A DNA stretch of 64,000 bases from Candidatus Sericytochromatia bacterium. GTDB lineage: Bacteria; Cyanobacteriota; Sericytochromatia; UBA7694. The notes below the pieces were generated by a model. That model saw only the letters and a program-made list of their open reading frames with translations. It did no database searches and was not told the DNA's origin. Shown piece by piece: positions 9,526-18,771 of the stretch (position 1 is its first letter; each line of letters starts with the position of its first letter). The stretch lies in assembly GCA_963797915.1 (NCBI GenBank), contig CAWCRG010000017.1, positions 299,074 through 363,073 on the forward strand. Reading direction: 5' to 3'. The position numbers and the translations under genes are program-made.

Positions 9526-9931
9526 AAAAGACCCAGAGCACGTGGGGATACTTTTGCATAAAGGCGTCTTCATACCCTTTTTGTGAGCCCTCCACGACCC
9601 GCCAGTTCATGATAATGGCTTCGCGATAGGTGGCAAAAAAAGACGTGATCGTTTTCGAAACCTGTCCATCTTCTGTCCAGTGAGCGACAAATCCTGACCC
9701 GTAAAAAAGAGCCGATAAGCCCAAAAATGGCCAGGGGTTCTTTTCTCTCCAGAGTTTTTTTATTCCCCAGGGGAGAAAGGGTATCGCGAGCCAATACCCG
9801 AAGGCGTGAATAACCTGCACCCGTGGGTTCAGGTGCAGGTAAAGAAAATAGTCTGAAAAGTTTTCAAAATCCGCGGGTCCATAATGGTGAAGGTGTGTTT
9901 GTCGAAAGGCCCGAGTGGTGGTGCTTTTCAT
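9449..9931 (-). CDS. DUF962/Mpo1-like small membrane protein (putative)
   Basis: 160-aa hydrophobic protein with overall resemblance to the DUF962 family. It overlaps the convergent GH3 gene by 77 bp. Confidence 0.35.
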   Translation of the reverse strand: MKSTTTRAFRQTHLHHYGPADFENFSDYFLYLHLNPRVQVIHAFGYWLAIPFLPWGIKKLWREKNPWPFLGLSALFYGSGFVAHWTEDGQVSKTITSFFATYREAIIMNWRVVEGSQKGYEDAFMQKYPHVLWVFFKDAPLPKGIAAADRLAPDNKATDL

Positions 9932-9936
9932 GGCGG

Positions 9937-10428
9937 TTATTCTGCAATCACCACTTCTTGCGTCCAGGCGCTTAAGGATAAGCGACAGGTTTTTAAGTAA
10001 TCGATGATCCTGGCTTTGCTAACGCCGCCTTCGAGGCTCAGGTCAAGCTCTAGCACAATACGATCATCGTCAGCGATGTAACTCCGTGAATAGCGTTTAC
10101 TCTGATTCCAGGTATTGACGTGCTGTAAATTGGCCTTGGAGTCTGAAAAAGAAATTTGAAATAGCAGAGACTTCCCATTTTCGTCAATCATGAGCGCGGC
10201 GCTGAGACCGTCGATTTTCCAGATGATATCGTCTTCTTTATCGACGGTGACGCTATACCCTTCGGTTTTCATAATGGCTTCAAGGGTTGTTGTATCGAGA
10301 GCGGTGTAGAGGGGCGCTGTGATCTGACTTGTGGGTTTTGCATCGGCAGCCGCTACAGCTTGCTGAGTCGGAGTGGCTACAAAAAGTAACAAAAGGCTGA
10401 GAAAGAGTGTTGAACAAGAATTTTTCAT
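9937..10428 (-). CDS. Secreted hypothetical protein (YbjN-like?)
   Basis: N-terminal signal peptide (LFLSLLLLFVATPTQQAVA), 163 aa. Confidence 0.35.
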   Translation of the reverse strand: MKNSCSTLFLSLLLLFVATPTQQAVAAADAKPTSQITAPLYTALDTTTLEAIMKTEGYSVTVDKEDDIIWKIDGLSAALMIDENGKSLLFQISFSDSKANLQHVNTWNQSKRYSRSYIADDDRIVLELDLSLEGGVSKARIIDYLKTCRLSLSAWTQEVVIAE

Positions 10429-10513
10429 CGCGATTTCCTTTGGGCTAAGATGAGAGATAGGTCAAAATGATCTTACTATATCAAAGATATTCTTTTTTGG
10501 GGAGAAAGGTGAT

Positions 10514-11204
10514 TTACCGAGATCTCAACGGGTTTTGGGCCTGCACACGGCACGGATTACCGTAGGCAATACTGTTGGCGGGAATATCCTTGGTGACCAC
10601 ACTGCCCATGCCAATCATGCAGTTTTCGCCAATGGTCACATGGTCCCGCACCGAAGCTCCTATCCCAATGCGCGTTCCTTTACCTATGCGTACAAAGCTC
10701 CCTAACATTACGCCTGGATTGAGGGTTACAAAGTCATCAAGAACACAGTGGTGGCCAATACTACAGTTGCTTCTAATATTGATGCCAAATTTTAGTGTGC
10801 TGCAGGCACCAACTGCGGTGAATCGCTCTATTTGAGCTCCAAAGTCCAGGCTTGCAGAGCGAGAAATGATGGCGGAAGGATGAATAAGTCGAGGAAACTG
10901 TTCGTTCGTAAGCTAACGGTAACAGTTTTTTAAAGGCCTGGTACACAATGGCCTTGACCGGGCTGTGGGCCATTGAAAACGCGAACTGTCCGCTCTGGGC
11001 CAATTTTTCTCGCTCTTCAGAGTTTAAGGTGCCGAGGGTATACACGTCGTGTTGCCAATTGGAGTGCGGTTGAAACTCTGCTCCAATGTTTACAGGAATA
11101 TTAAGTAAGATATTGAATTGAGTTATGTCCAGGGCCTCTTCGGCGAGCTCCATCAATGAGTTCAGTAATTTTGGCTCACAGCCGAGAATAGATAAAGAGT
11201 TCAT
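10514..11204 (-). pseudogene. Frameshifted tandem paralog of the NeuD/PglD-like hexapeptide acetyltransferase
   Basis: ORFs 10773..11204 and 10514..10708 together align along the full length of the intact 11386..12072 protein, with about 85% nucleotide identity in the aligned 3' region. The reading frame is lost near 10709-10772. Confidence 0.6.
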
Positions 11205-11385
11205 TTTTCTACTTCTTTGGGGTTGATTGGGTTTCAGCGTCGATGGCGCTATCGCTCAGTTAGCATAGCAAATATGCCCGGTGTTGGTGGCTTTATTGAA
11301 TGCTGACCATCCTTTGGCGTTTGCCCGTTAGTGAGGTTGTTTTGCGAATAGCGTTTCTTTCGTTGCTTTGAAGGCTTTGTTGCGC

Positions 11386-12072
11386 TTATAAAGTTCCCAG
11401 GGCATTTTGCCGCTGCACACGGCATGGATTACCGTAGGCAACACTATTGGCGGGAATATCTTTTGTGACCACACTGCCCATGCCAATCATGCAGTTTTCG
11501 CCAATGCTCACGTTATCTCGCACCACAGTACCTGCGCCAATACGTGTCCCTTTACCTACGTGTACAAAACTACTCAGGGTCACGCCGGGGTTGAGGGTTG
11601 AGAAGTCTTCCAGAATACAGTGGTGTCCCACGCTACTGCTTCTTTTGATATTGACACCAAAGCCCACCCTACTGCAGGCACTTATGGTCACGTTAGGATC
11701 AATGTGTACACCAAACCCGACGTTAGCAGAGCGAGACACCACAGCGGATGGGTGAATAAGTTGGGGAAATTGAGCGTGCTCCAAAGCAAAGACATTTTTA
11801 AAAGCCTCGTATAGAATGGTTTTGACCGGGTGGTGAGATACGGAAAAGGCAAACTGTCCCGCATTGCGCAGACGATCGATATGCTCTGGTGTCAGGGTCT
11901 CCAGGGTGTAAACACGGTGTTGCCAATGGGCGTGTGGTTGGAACTCTGCTCCTATTTTCACAGGAATATTCAGCAAAATGTCAAAGTGAGCCATGCCTTG
12001 AGCGTCCTCAGCCAGTTCCATAAGAACATTGAGTAGGCTTGGATCACAGCCGAGAATGGTTAACGGTTTCAT
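11386..12072 (-). CDS. Hexapeptide-repeat sugar N/O-acetyltransferase, NeuD/PglD-like
   Basis: C-terminal left-handed beta-helix repeats (VGKGTRIGAGTVVRDNVSIGENCMIGMGSVV) and an N-terminal Rossmann-like segment. Start overlaps the upstream stop. Confidence 0.6.
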   Translation of the reverse strand: MKPLTILGCDPSLLNVLMELAEDAQGMAHFDILLNIPVKIGAEFQPHAHWQHRVYTLETLTPEHIDRLRNAGQFAFSVSHHPVKTILYEAFKNVFALEHAQFPQLIHPSAVVSRSANVGFGVHIDPNVTISACSRVGFGVNIKRSSSVGHHCILEDFSTLNPGVTLSSFVHVGKGTRIGAGTVVRDNVSIGENCMIGMGSVVTKDIPANSVAYGNPCRVQRQNALGTL

Positions 12073-12899
12073 CTGGTATTTCTTTTCGTATTATAGATGT
12101 TGAGTGTTTTACTGGGCATAAGGACTCTTTCATGAATCGCCATCAGCTCATGGACACGCTTCAATAAACTTAAATTAGAAGCCTGCTGGGTCCGTTGGGA
12201 GTCAAACCACAAATTATCTTCTAATCCCACCCTTACGCCCAGTCCTTTGGCAATGGCAATGGCGTTGGTTTCTAATTGATAGTTTCCAATGCCTCCCAGG
12301 CTGATAAAGTGATCCTCAGGAAGCTGATCCACCATGGAGCCCAATTGACTCAATTGGGTTTGTGCGCCAAAAATATTGCCAAAGAGCAAATTCCAGTAGA
12401 TGGGATGCTGTAGATTAAACTTTTGAATGAGAAATTTTCCGTAATTGATCATTCCTAAATCAAAACATTCCAGCTCAGGCACAATGCCATAGGCGAGCAT
12501 TTTGGTGAGTAAATCCTGGATCATTTGGGGGGCGTTAACGGAGGGGGTATTTAAAAAATTCAATGAAGAAAGCGTCAACGAGCACATATCTGGATAGAGC
12601 TCCATGACCGCAGAACGCTTTTCCAGCTCGGGAAAGTTTCTGCCCGAAGTACTTAAACAGAGAATAAGATCAGGACAGAATTTATGGAGTCCTGTCATGA
12701 TTTCCTGGTAAATTTCCGGCTCATATGCCGGACTTTCATCGGTGTGGCGGGCATGTAAGTGGGCGATCGTTATGCCTATTTCGTAAGCCTCATGGGTTTG
12801 CTCAATAATTTCGTTGGGCGAAATGGGGACACAAGGGTTTTGCTGTTTGGTGGGAACCATTCCTGTGGGGCAAAAATTTACAATAATTGGGTTAGGCAT
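12069..12899 (-). CDS. BKACE family enzyme (3-keto-5-aminohexanoate cleavage enzyme-like, DUF849)
   Basis: NFCPTGM… motif and a TIM-barrel BKACE-like sequence of 276 aa; translationally coupled to the acetyltransferase. Confidence 0.65.
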   Translation of the reverse strand: MPNPIIVNFCPTGMVPTKQQNPCVPISPNEIIEQTHEAYEIGITIAHLHARHTDESPAYEPEIYQEIMTGLHKFCPDLILCLSTSGRNFPELEKRSAVMELYPDMCSLTLSSLNFLNTPSVNAPQMIQDLLTKMLAYGIVPELECFDLGMINYGKFLIQKFNLQHPIYWNLLFGNIFGAQTQLSQLGSMVDQLPEDHFISLGGIGNYQLETNAIAIAKGLGVRVGLEDNLWFDSQRTQQASNLSLLKRVHELMAIHERVLMPSKTLNIYNTKRNTR

Positions 12900-13049
12900 T
12901 TTTGTGCGACCTATCTTTTATGCTGTCTGGGCTATGCTAATAATATCAAAGTATGCATGTTTTGTTCCCTCCATTTACGTGAAGCAATAATACGGGGTAT
13001 AGTGAGAGTGAGCCAATTGTGACTTCAATAAGAGAGGCAATATCGCGGT

Positions 13050-13460
13050 ATGCAACACATTTATCGGGTCATTATGATTGCTGTCCTTTTACTTTGGTCA
13101 GGCACCGCTGCCGCCTTTTTCGAAGGCACACCCGATCTTGAACTTACGTCAGAGTCTGTACAAGCGGTGCTGTTAAAATTAGCCAATGAAAAAATATGTG
13201 ATCCTGAAAGCGAAATGTATTGCGAAGCCCACACGGCTTTTGTCTTTAAAAACGACGCCGTCGTTTTGCTTTCTGTTCAACCGACAGCGGGTTTGTTTAT
13301 GATCTTTCAAAAAGATGCGGATCGGTGGACGCCCAGAGGCACGTATCCCCTTCTCGACTACGAAAAGACCCTGGTCGATAGTGAACTTTCAAAAGCTGCA
13401 CAGAAGCACTTTATTCAAGCTTTTACTGCTTATGTTGCGTCCAGGGCAAAGTCCAAGTAA
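13050..13460 (+). CDS. Secreted hypothetical protein
   Basis: Signal peptide (IAVLLLWSGTAAAFF); 136 aa; immediately upstream of, and 2 nt from, the Rieske gene. Confidence 0.45.
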   Translation: MQHIYRVIMIAVLLLWSGTAAAFFEGTPDLELTSESVQAVLLKLANEKICDPESEMYCEAHTAFVFKNDAVVLLSVQPTAGLFMIFQKDADRWTPRGTYPLLDYEKTLVDSELSKAAQKHFIQAFTAYVASRAKSK

Positions 13461-13462
13461 AC

Positions 13463-14539
13463 ATGAACGAACCCCGCACAGAGCTTTTGAATCAAACCAC
13501 ACAGCCTCCCGTTGTCCACAAGGTTTTCAACAACTGGCAGGTGGTAACTGAAGGTTGGTATATCTGGGGTGAGGCCAGTCTCCTGGCGCGCAATACGGTA
13601 AAAACCCGCAATATTGGATCCCAAAAGATTTGCGTGTTTCGCGATGATACCGGTGCTGTTCACGCCATGGACGGTTTTTGCCCACATATGGGTGTAGATC
13701 TGGGCATTGGTAAAGTGGTTAATAATCGGGTTCGCTGCTTTTTTCATCACTGGGAATACGGCGCCAACGGTAAATGCCAGCATATTCCCATTCAGCAGGA
13801 GATTCCCAAAAAAGCCTGTTTACGTACCTATGCCTGTCAAGAAAAATATGGGTATATCTGGGTGCACCCCGATAAAGACACGGCGACATCAGTCCTTGAA
13901 ATACCGGGTCTGGCCGGACAAGCAGTGACGGTAAAGCCGGGCAAGGCGTATACCCGCCGTTGCCACCATCATATTACGATGATTAACGGCATTGATCCTC
14001 AGCACCTGAGTACGGTGCACGATATTCATATGAATATGGATGTGGTGATTGAACAAGCCGAGCCGCGATTGGTGGAGATTGTCTTAACAGGACAAATTCC
14101 TGACGTGACCTGGCAAGAGCGGCTGGCTCGTAAAATACTGGGCCCTCAGTACAGCTACGCGATGAAGTATGCCGACGGATGCCTGGCAGGATTGACCCTG
14201 CTTAAAGATGTGCAGTTTTTTGGCCGTAAAAATGGCTTGCCTGAATTGTATATGTTTTTTGCTTACCAGACCGAAGCGCCGGGTAAAACCCGCGTTCAGC
14301 CCATTTTCGTGACCCGTCAGCGCAAAGGCTTCAGCGGTTGGATCATTTCTCAACTGTGTTTGCTTTTTACCCGTATCGGTTTTCAGTCGCTTCAGGGAGA
14401 AGACGGTCAGGTCTATGAAAATATTCGTTTCAGCACCCAAAATCTGCTGGCGGTTGACGCCCCTGTAGCCCGTTATATTCGTTATATTAACCAGCTTAAA
14501 TCTTCTTGCTGGGGTTTTTCTGGCTCAGCTTCACCTTGA
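13463..14539 (+). CDS. Rieske [2Fe-2S] oxygenase, paralog of the 2727..3812 gene
   Basis: CPHMGVDL…CFFHHW Rieske motif. Collinear similarity to the 2727..3812 protein includes the shared CFFHHW(K/E)Y segment. Confidence 0.8.
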   Translation: MNEPRTELLNQTTQPPVVHKVFNNWQVVTEGWYIWGEASLLARNTVKTRNIGSQKICVFRDDTGAVHAMDGFCPHMGVDLGIGKVVNNRVRCFFHHWEYGANGKCQHIPIQQEIPKKACLRTYACQEKYGYIWVHPDKDTATSVLEIPGLAGQAVTVKPGKAYTRRCHHHITMINGIDPQHLSTVHDIHMNMDVVIEQAEPRLVEIVLTGQIPDVTWQERLARKILGPQYSYAMKYADGCLAGLTLLKDVQFFGRKNGLPELYMFFAYQTEAPGKTRVQPIFVTRQRKGFSGWIISQLCLLFTRIGFQSLQGEDGQVYENIRFSTQNLLAVDAPVARYIRYINQLKSSCWGFSGSASP

Positions 14540-14613
14540 TCGATCATTGAAAGGGTGTTGCGTCATTTTGGGGTGAAGGCTTTTTTCTAAAAGAGTGCTA
14601 AGCTGTAAGGCAT

Positions 14614-16629
14614 ATGAAAGCGCGTGTGTTGTTTTGGTGTCTGGGCTTATGTGTGTGGGTGTGTTGTATTGGGTGGAGTGGTTTTGCTGCCTTATCTGCG
14701 TGGTCATCTCCGTTGACAACAGGTACCGTTCGTTTGTATACAGCCCCGGTAGGCACCTCTTTATCGATTCATGAAATTCGCCGCCTGTCAGAAAACCAGT
14801 GGCGTCTGTCAAATCTTAACAAAAGCTTCGGGCTTATTCCTGAACAGGAAGCCTGGCTTCGCGTTCCTGTGTCTTTTGCAACGTCTGGTGCTCCACCCTA
14901 TTATCTGGTGGTGCATCGTGCGAATTTAAAAGAGGTGTGTCTTTTCTCGCAGGCTTTTGAGTCCTGTTCCTCGGCCCGTCATGCTCTGGCCAGGGACTCT
15001 CTCATTTTGGCAACAGAACCTATTTTTTCTTTAGCGCATCTGTTGCCTGAGGAATCGGTCATGTACCTGCGTGTTCGAAGTGCAAATTATATTACTGTGC
15101 CCTTTAGCATTGTCTCTCAGCAGGCCTTAAAGTCTCAGTATTTACTCAAACAGCTGTTGGACTTTAGCGCAATGGGCACTTTTTTTAGCCTGATTTTCTT
15201 AAATCTGGTATTGGCCTTTTGGCTCAAGAAAAGTGTTTATCTTCTACATGCAGGTGCTCTTCTCTGTTGGAGTATTGCCTGGTTCGGGATCGTGATGGGG
15301 TACAGCGCTTTTTTACCTGCGAGCTTTCATGATTTGCTGCTGGGTCAAGGGCCGATTTTTGCACTGCCAGCCATTTTATTTTCTTTGCTTGCTTACCAGC
15401 TCTTTGCGCGTCATGAGTTCAGTCCGAGTTTAAGGCGATGGCTCTGGTTTTTTCCGGTATTTTTGACATTGACCTTTGTCATTTGGCTTTTACCGTTTCC
15501 GCTATTGCACCTGGTACTGATCCGCTTATGGGCGCTGGGCATGATTGTCCTGGTGGTGTTGGGGCTGTTTTTTAGCCTGCGATTCAAGTCGCATTGGTCC
15601 GCGTTTTATCTTTTTTGCTGGCTGGCTTTTTATGGCACAGTATTTGGATTGAATTTATTTCATTTTTCGCTGCTGCCGTTGACGTTGCTTGCTTATAGCT
15701 ATTTTTCGTGGCTGCAGTGCTTGAGTATGTTGACCCTGGTCTTGATTCCGCTGTTGTCGGTGGAAAGCTTAAAGCGTGTCGCCGATGTGTTAATGATGCG
15801 AAACCTTATGTTTGCATTGGATCAGCGGCAAGTTTTAGAAAAGCGAGTAGCAGAACGGACCCTGGCTTTGCAGGCATCTGTGGCGTTGCTAGAAGAAGCC
15901 AATGAGAAGCTCACTGTGCTGAATCGTTCCAAAGCCCGCCTTTTTGTGATCCTGGCCCATGACTTACGCACACCTTTTTTGAGTATGCTAACGCTTCTGA
16001 AGGTGTTTGAGCGGGGGAAAATGAACCAGGCTGGCTTTTTAGAGATGCTGCCGCGTTTAAAAGGTCACCTTGAAAATGTAAGCGCTTCTTTAGACAATAT
16101 GCTCACGTGGATTAAAGCAGAGCTGGAGGGTTACTCTCATCAGCGTCAATCCTTGTCTGTGAAAGATTTGATCACCGAAGTTTATGGCATGTATGAGGAG
16201 CCTGCGCGACAGAAACAGGTTCACCTGAAAATGAAGCAGATCAGTTCAGAGCTGCGGGTGTGGGCCGACCGAAACCATGTGCGGTTGGTGTTGCGTAATA
16301 TTGTGGGCAATGCGCTGAAGTTTACCCCGGCGGAAGGGACGATTGAAATCTGGGCTGAACGGGAAAGCGGCACAGAGATCAGGATCTTGGTTCAGGATAC
16401 TGGAATGGGTTTTTCTGCAGCTGACCTGGAGCGCTTTCACGCCAGAAAGGCTTTAACATCGCAGGCGGGAACTTCAGGTGAAAAGGGGCTGGGCCTGGGA
16501 CTTCAGGCTTGTTTGGCTTATTTAGAAGTCAATCAAGGCACCTTAAGTCTGACGTCTTCCTCGCCGGGCTCCTGTGTTCAGTTTACGCTGCCCTGCACTT
16601 CGGTACGTGATGTCGACACCCAGGACTGA
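14614..16629 (+). CDS. Sensor histidine kinase with 7TMR-DISM extracellular and 7TM domains
   Basis: Signal peptide plus periplasmic domain, seven hydrophobic helices, an H-box (ILAHDLRTPF) and a HATPase_c segment with N, G1 and G2 boxes (NALKFTP… DTGMGF… GLGLGL). Confidence 0.8.
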   Translation: MKARVLFWCLGLCVWVCCIGWSGFAALSAWSSPLTTGTVRLYTAPVGTSLSIHEIRRLSENQWRLSNLNKSFGLIPEQEAWLRVPVSFATSGAPPYYLVVHRANLKEVCLFSQAFESCSSARHALARDSLILATEPIFSLAHLLPEESVMYLRVRSANYITVPFSIVSQQALKSQYLLKQLLDFSAMGTFFSLIFLNLVLAFWLKKSVYLLHAGALLCWSIAWFGIVMGYSAFLPASFHDLLLGQGPIFALPAILFSLLAYQLFARHEFSPSLRRWLWFFPVFLTLTFVIWLLPFPLLHLVLIRLWALGMIVLVVLGLFFSLRFKSHWSAFYLFCWLAFYGTVFGLNLFHFSLLPLTLLAYSYFSWLQCLSMLTLVLIPLLSVESLKRVADVLMMRNLMFALDQRQVLEKRVAERTLALQASVALLEEANEKLTVLNRSKARLFVILAHDLRTPFLSMLTLLKVFERGKMNQAGFLEMLPRLKGHLENVSASLDNMLTWIKAELEGYSHQRQSLSVKDLITEVYGMYEEPARQKQVHLKMKQISSELRVWADRNHVRLVLRNIVGNALKFTPAEGTIEIWAERESGTEIRILVQDTGMGFSAADLERFHARKALTSQAGTSGEKGLGLGLQACLAYLEVNQGTLSLTSSSPGSCVQFTLPCTSVRDVDTQD

Positions 16630-16709
16630 GCCTCACTTCACTTAAGAGAGAGTCAGGTAGCAGTTGAGCAATGAGCGTTTACGAAAAAGAGTGATAGGCT
16701 GTAATACAT

Positions 16710-18704
16710 ATGAGAATGAGCGTTTGGTTTTGTTTACTGGCTCTATATGCTGGGGTATGCACTTTTTCTATGCCATTTGCTTACGGATCCCCTTTTTTGA
16801 GAGATTCTATTGAACTCTATACAGCTCCTGTGGGCTCTCATTTGTCTATTCAGGATATTCGTCAGCTGCCGGACCACCATTGGCGTCCTTCAGATCTCAA
16901 TAAAAGCTTTGGGTTTATTCCTGGACAAGAGGCCTGGCTAAAGATCTCATTGACTGACCCTGGCGCGCAATCCCGCTATGTGGTGGTATACCGAGCCAAT
17001 TTAAAAGAGGTCTGTTTTTTCTCAAGGGGTCCTGCCTCCTGCTTTTCATCCGCTCAGCCCGTTGAGACCTTTCCGTTTTTACCTGCGGCGGAGCCCGTTT
17101 TCTCTCTGGGGAAGCTATGGTCTGGAGAGTCTGTCGTTTACGTCCGCGTTCGCAGTATAAATTACGTTACCGTACCTTTGGCCATTGTTTCTCAGTCGGA
17201 ATTAAGGGCTCAGTTTTTTCTGAAGCGACTATTGGACTTTAGCGCGATGGGCACTTTTTTTAGTCTGATTTTATTAAACCTGATATTGGCCTTGTGGTTG
17301 AAAAAAAATGTGTATGTTCTGCATGCGCTCGCTCTTCTCAGTTGGAGTGTTGCATGGTTCGGTATTCTGATGGGGTATAGCCGTTTTTTACCTTATCCCT
17401 TTCATGGTTTTGCGCTGGAACACATGCCGGTCTTTGCCTTAATGGCAGTGCTCTTTTCTTTACTGGCGTACCAGCTCTTTGCACATCATGAACTCAGTCA
17501 GAAAGTAAGGCGCTGCTTCTTCTTGCTTACCCTGCTTTTGACGTTGACGCTGTTGAGTTTGTCCTTGCCGTTTCCGTTACTGCATCTGTTGCTGGTGCGC
17601 TTATGGGCCTTAGGAACGTTGGCTTTGGTTGTGTCGGGCTTATTTTTGAGCCTGCGGCTAAAAAAGTACTGGTCCGCGTTTTATCTTTTGTGCTGGCTGG
17701 CTTTTTATGGCACCACTTTTGTGCTGATTTTACTTCAGTTTTCAGTGCTGCCCTTCACACTGCTGACCTATAGTTATTTTTCGTGGTTGCAGTGTTTGAG
17801 TATGCTGGCCTTGATTTTGATTCCACTACTGTCCGTAGAGAATCTTCAGCGCATTAAAGAGGTGTTAATGATGCGCAATCTCATGCTTGCCTTGGATCAG
17901 CAGCAAATTTTAGAAAAGCGGGTTGAAGAACGTACTCTGGCTTTGCAGGAGTCTGTGGCATTGCTGGAAGAAGCCAATGATAAATTGACCGTGCTAAATC
18001 GTTCCAAAGCCCGTCTTTTTGTGATCCTGGCCCATGATTTACGCACGCCTTTTTTGAGTATGCTATCGCTCTTGAAGGTGTTTGAGCGAGGGAAAATGAA
18101 TCAGGCCGGTTTTTTAGAGATGTTGCCGCGTTTAAAACGTCACCTTGAAAACGTTAGCGCTTCTTTAGACAATATGCTTACCTGGGTTAAAGCAGAACTA
18201 GAGGGTTATTCTCATCAGCGTCAATCGTTGTCTATAAAGCGTTTACTTGAGGAGGTTTATGGTGTGTATGAGGAGCCTGCACGACAAAAACAGGTGCATT
18301 TGAAAATGCGTGCTGTGGGTGCAGACTTACGGGTATGGGCAGATCGAAACCATGTGCGGCTGGTGTTACGCAATATTGTGGGTAACGCGTTGAAGTTCAC
18401 CCCGGTGGAAGGGACGATTGAAATCTGGGCTGAACGGGAAAGCGACACAGAGATCAGGATCACTGTTCAGGATACTGGAATGGGTTTTTCTGCGGCTGAC
18501 CTGGAGCGCTTTCAGGCCAGAGAGGCTTTAAATTCGCAGGCGGGAACCTCTGGTGAAAAGGGTTTGGGTCTTGGACTCCAGGCTTGTCAGGCTTATTTAG
18601 AAGTCAATCAGGGCAGCTTAAGTATTGCTTCTCTTTCTTCAGGAGCCAGCGTTCAATTTACGCTGCCCTGTGCTTCGGTTTACGATGAAGATATCCTGGA
18701 TTGA
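16710..18704 (+). CDS. Sensor histidine kinase with 7TMR-DISM and 7TM domains (tandem paralog)
   Basis: Collinear, roughly 70% identical to the upstream kinase, with the same domain order. Confidence 0.8.
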   Translation: MRMSVWFCLLALYAGVCTFSMPFAYGSPFLRDSIELYTAPVGSHLSIQDIRQLPDHHWRPSDLNKSFGFIPGQEAWLKISLTDPGAQSRYVVVYRANLKEVCFFSRGPASCFSSAQPVETFPFLPAAEPVFSLGKLWSGESVVYVRVRSINYVTVPLAIVSQSELRAQFFLKRLLDFSAMGTFFSLILLNLILALWLKKNVYVLHALALLSWSVAWFGILMGYSRFLPYPFHGFALEHMPVFALMAVLFSLLAYQLFAHHELSQKVRRCFFLLTLLLTLTLLSLSLPFPLLHLLLVRLWALGTLALVVSGLFLSLRLKKYWSAFYLLCWLAFYGTTFVLILLQFSVLPFTLLTYSYFSWLQCLSMLALILIPLLSVENLQRIKEVLMMRNLMLALDQQQILEKRVEERTLALQESVALLEEANDKLTVLNRSKARLFVILAHDLRTPFLSMLSLLKVFERGKMNQAGFLEMLPRLKRHLENVSASLDNMLTWVKAELEGYSHQRQSLSIKRLLEEVYGVYEEPARQKQVHLKMRAVGADLRVWADRNHVRLVLRNIVGNALKFTPVEGTIEIWAERESDTEIRITVQDTGMGFSAADLERFQAREALNSQAGTSGEKGLGLGLQACQAYLEVNQGSLSIASLSSGASVQFTLPCASVYDEDILD

Positions 18705-18771
18705 CCCTGTTCAGGTCTCTCGATCTATGTTCAACTGATATATATAGCATAAGCAAAAAAAGGAATACACT

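Noticed and set aside
12759-13022. 87-aa + strand ORF spanning the BKACE gene 5' end
   Set aside because: It overlaps a well-supported minus-strand CDS and has no features of its own.
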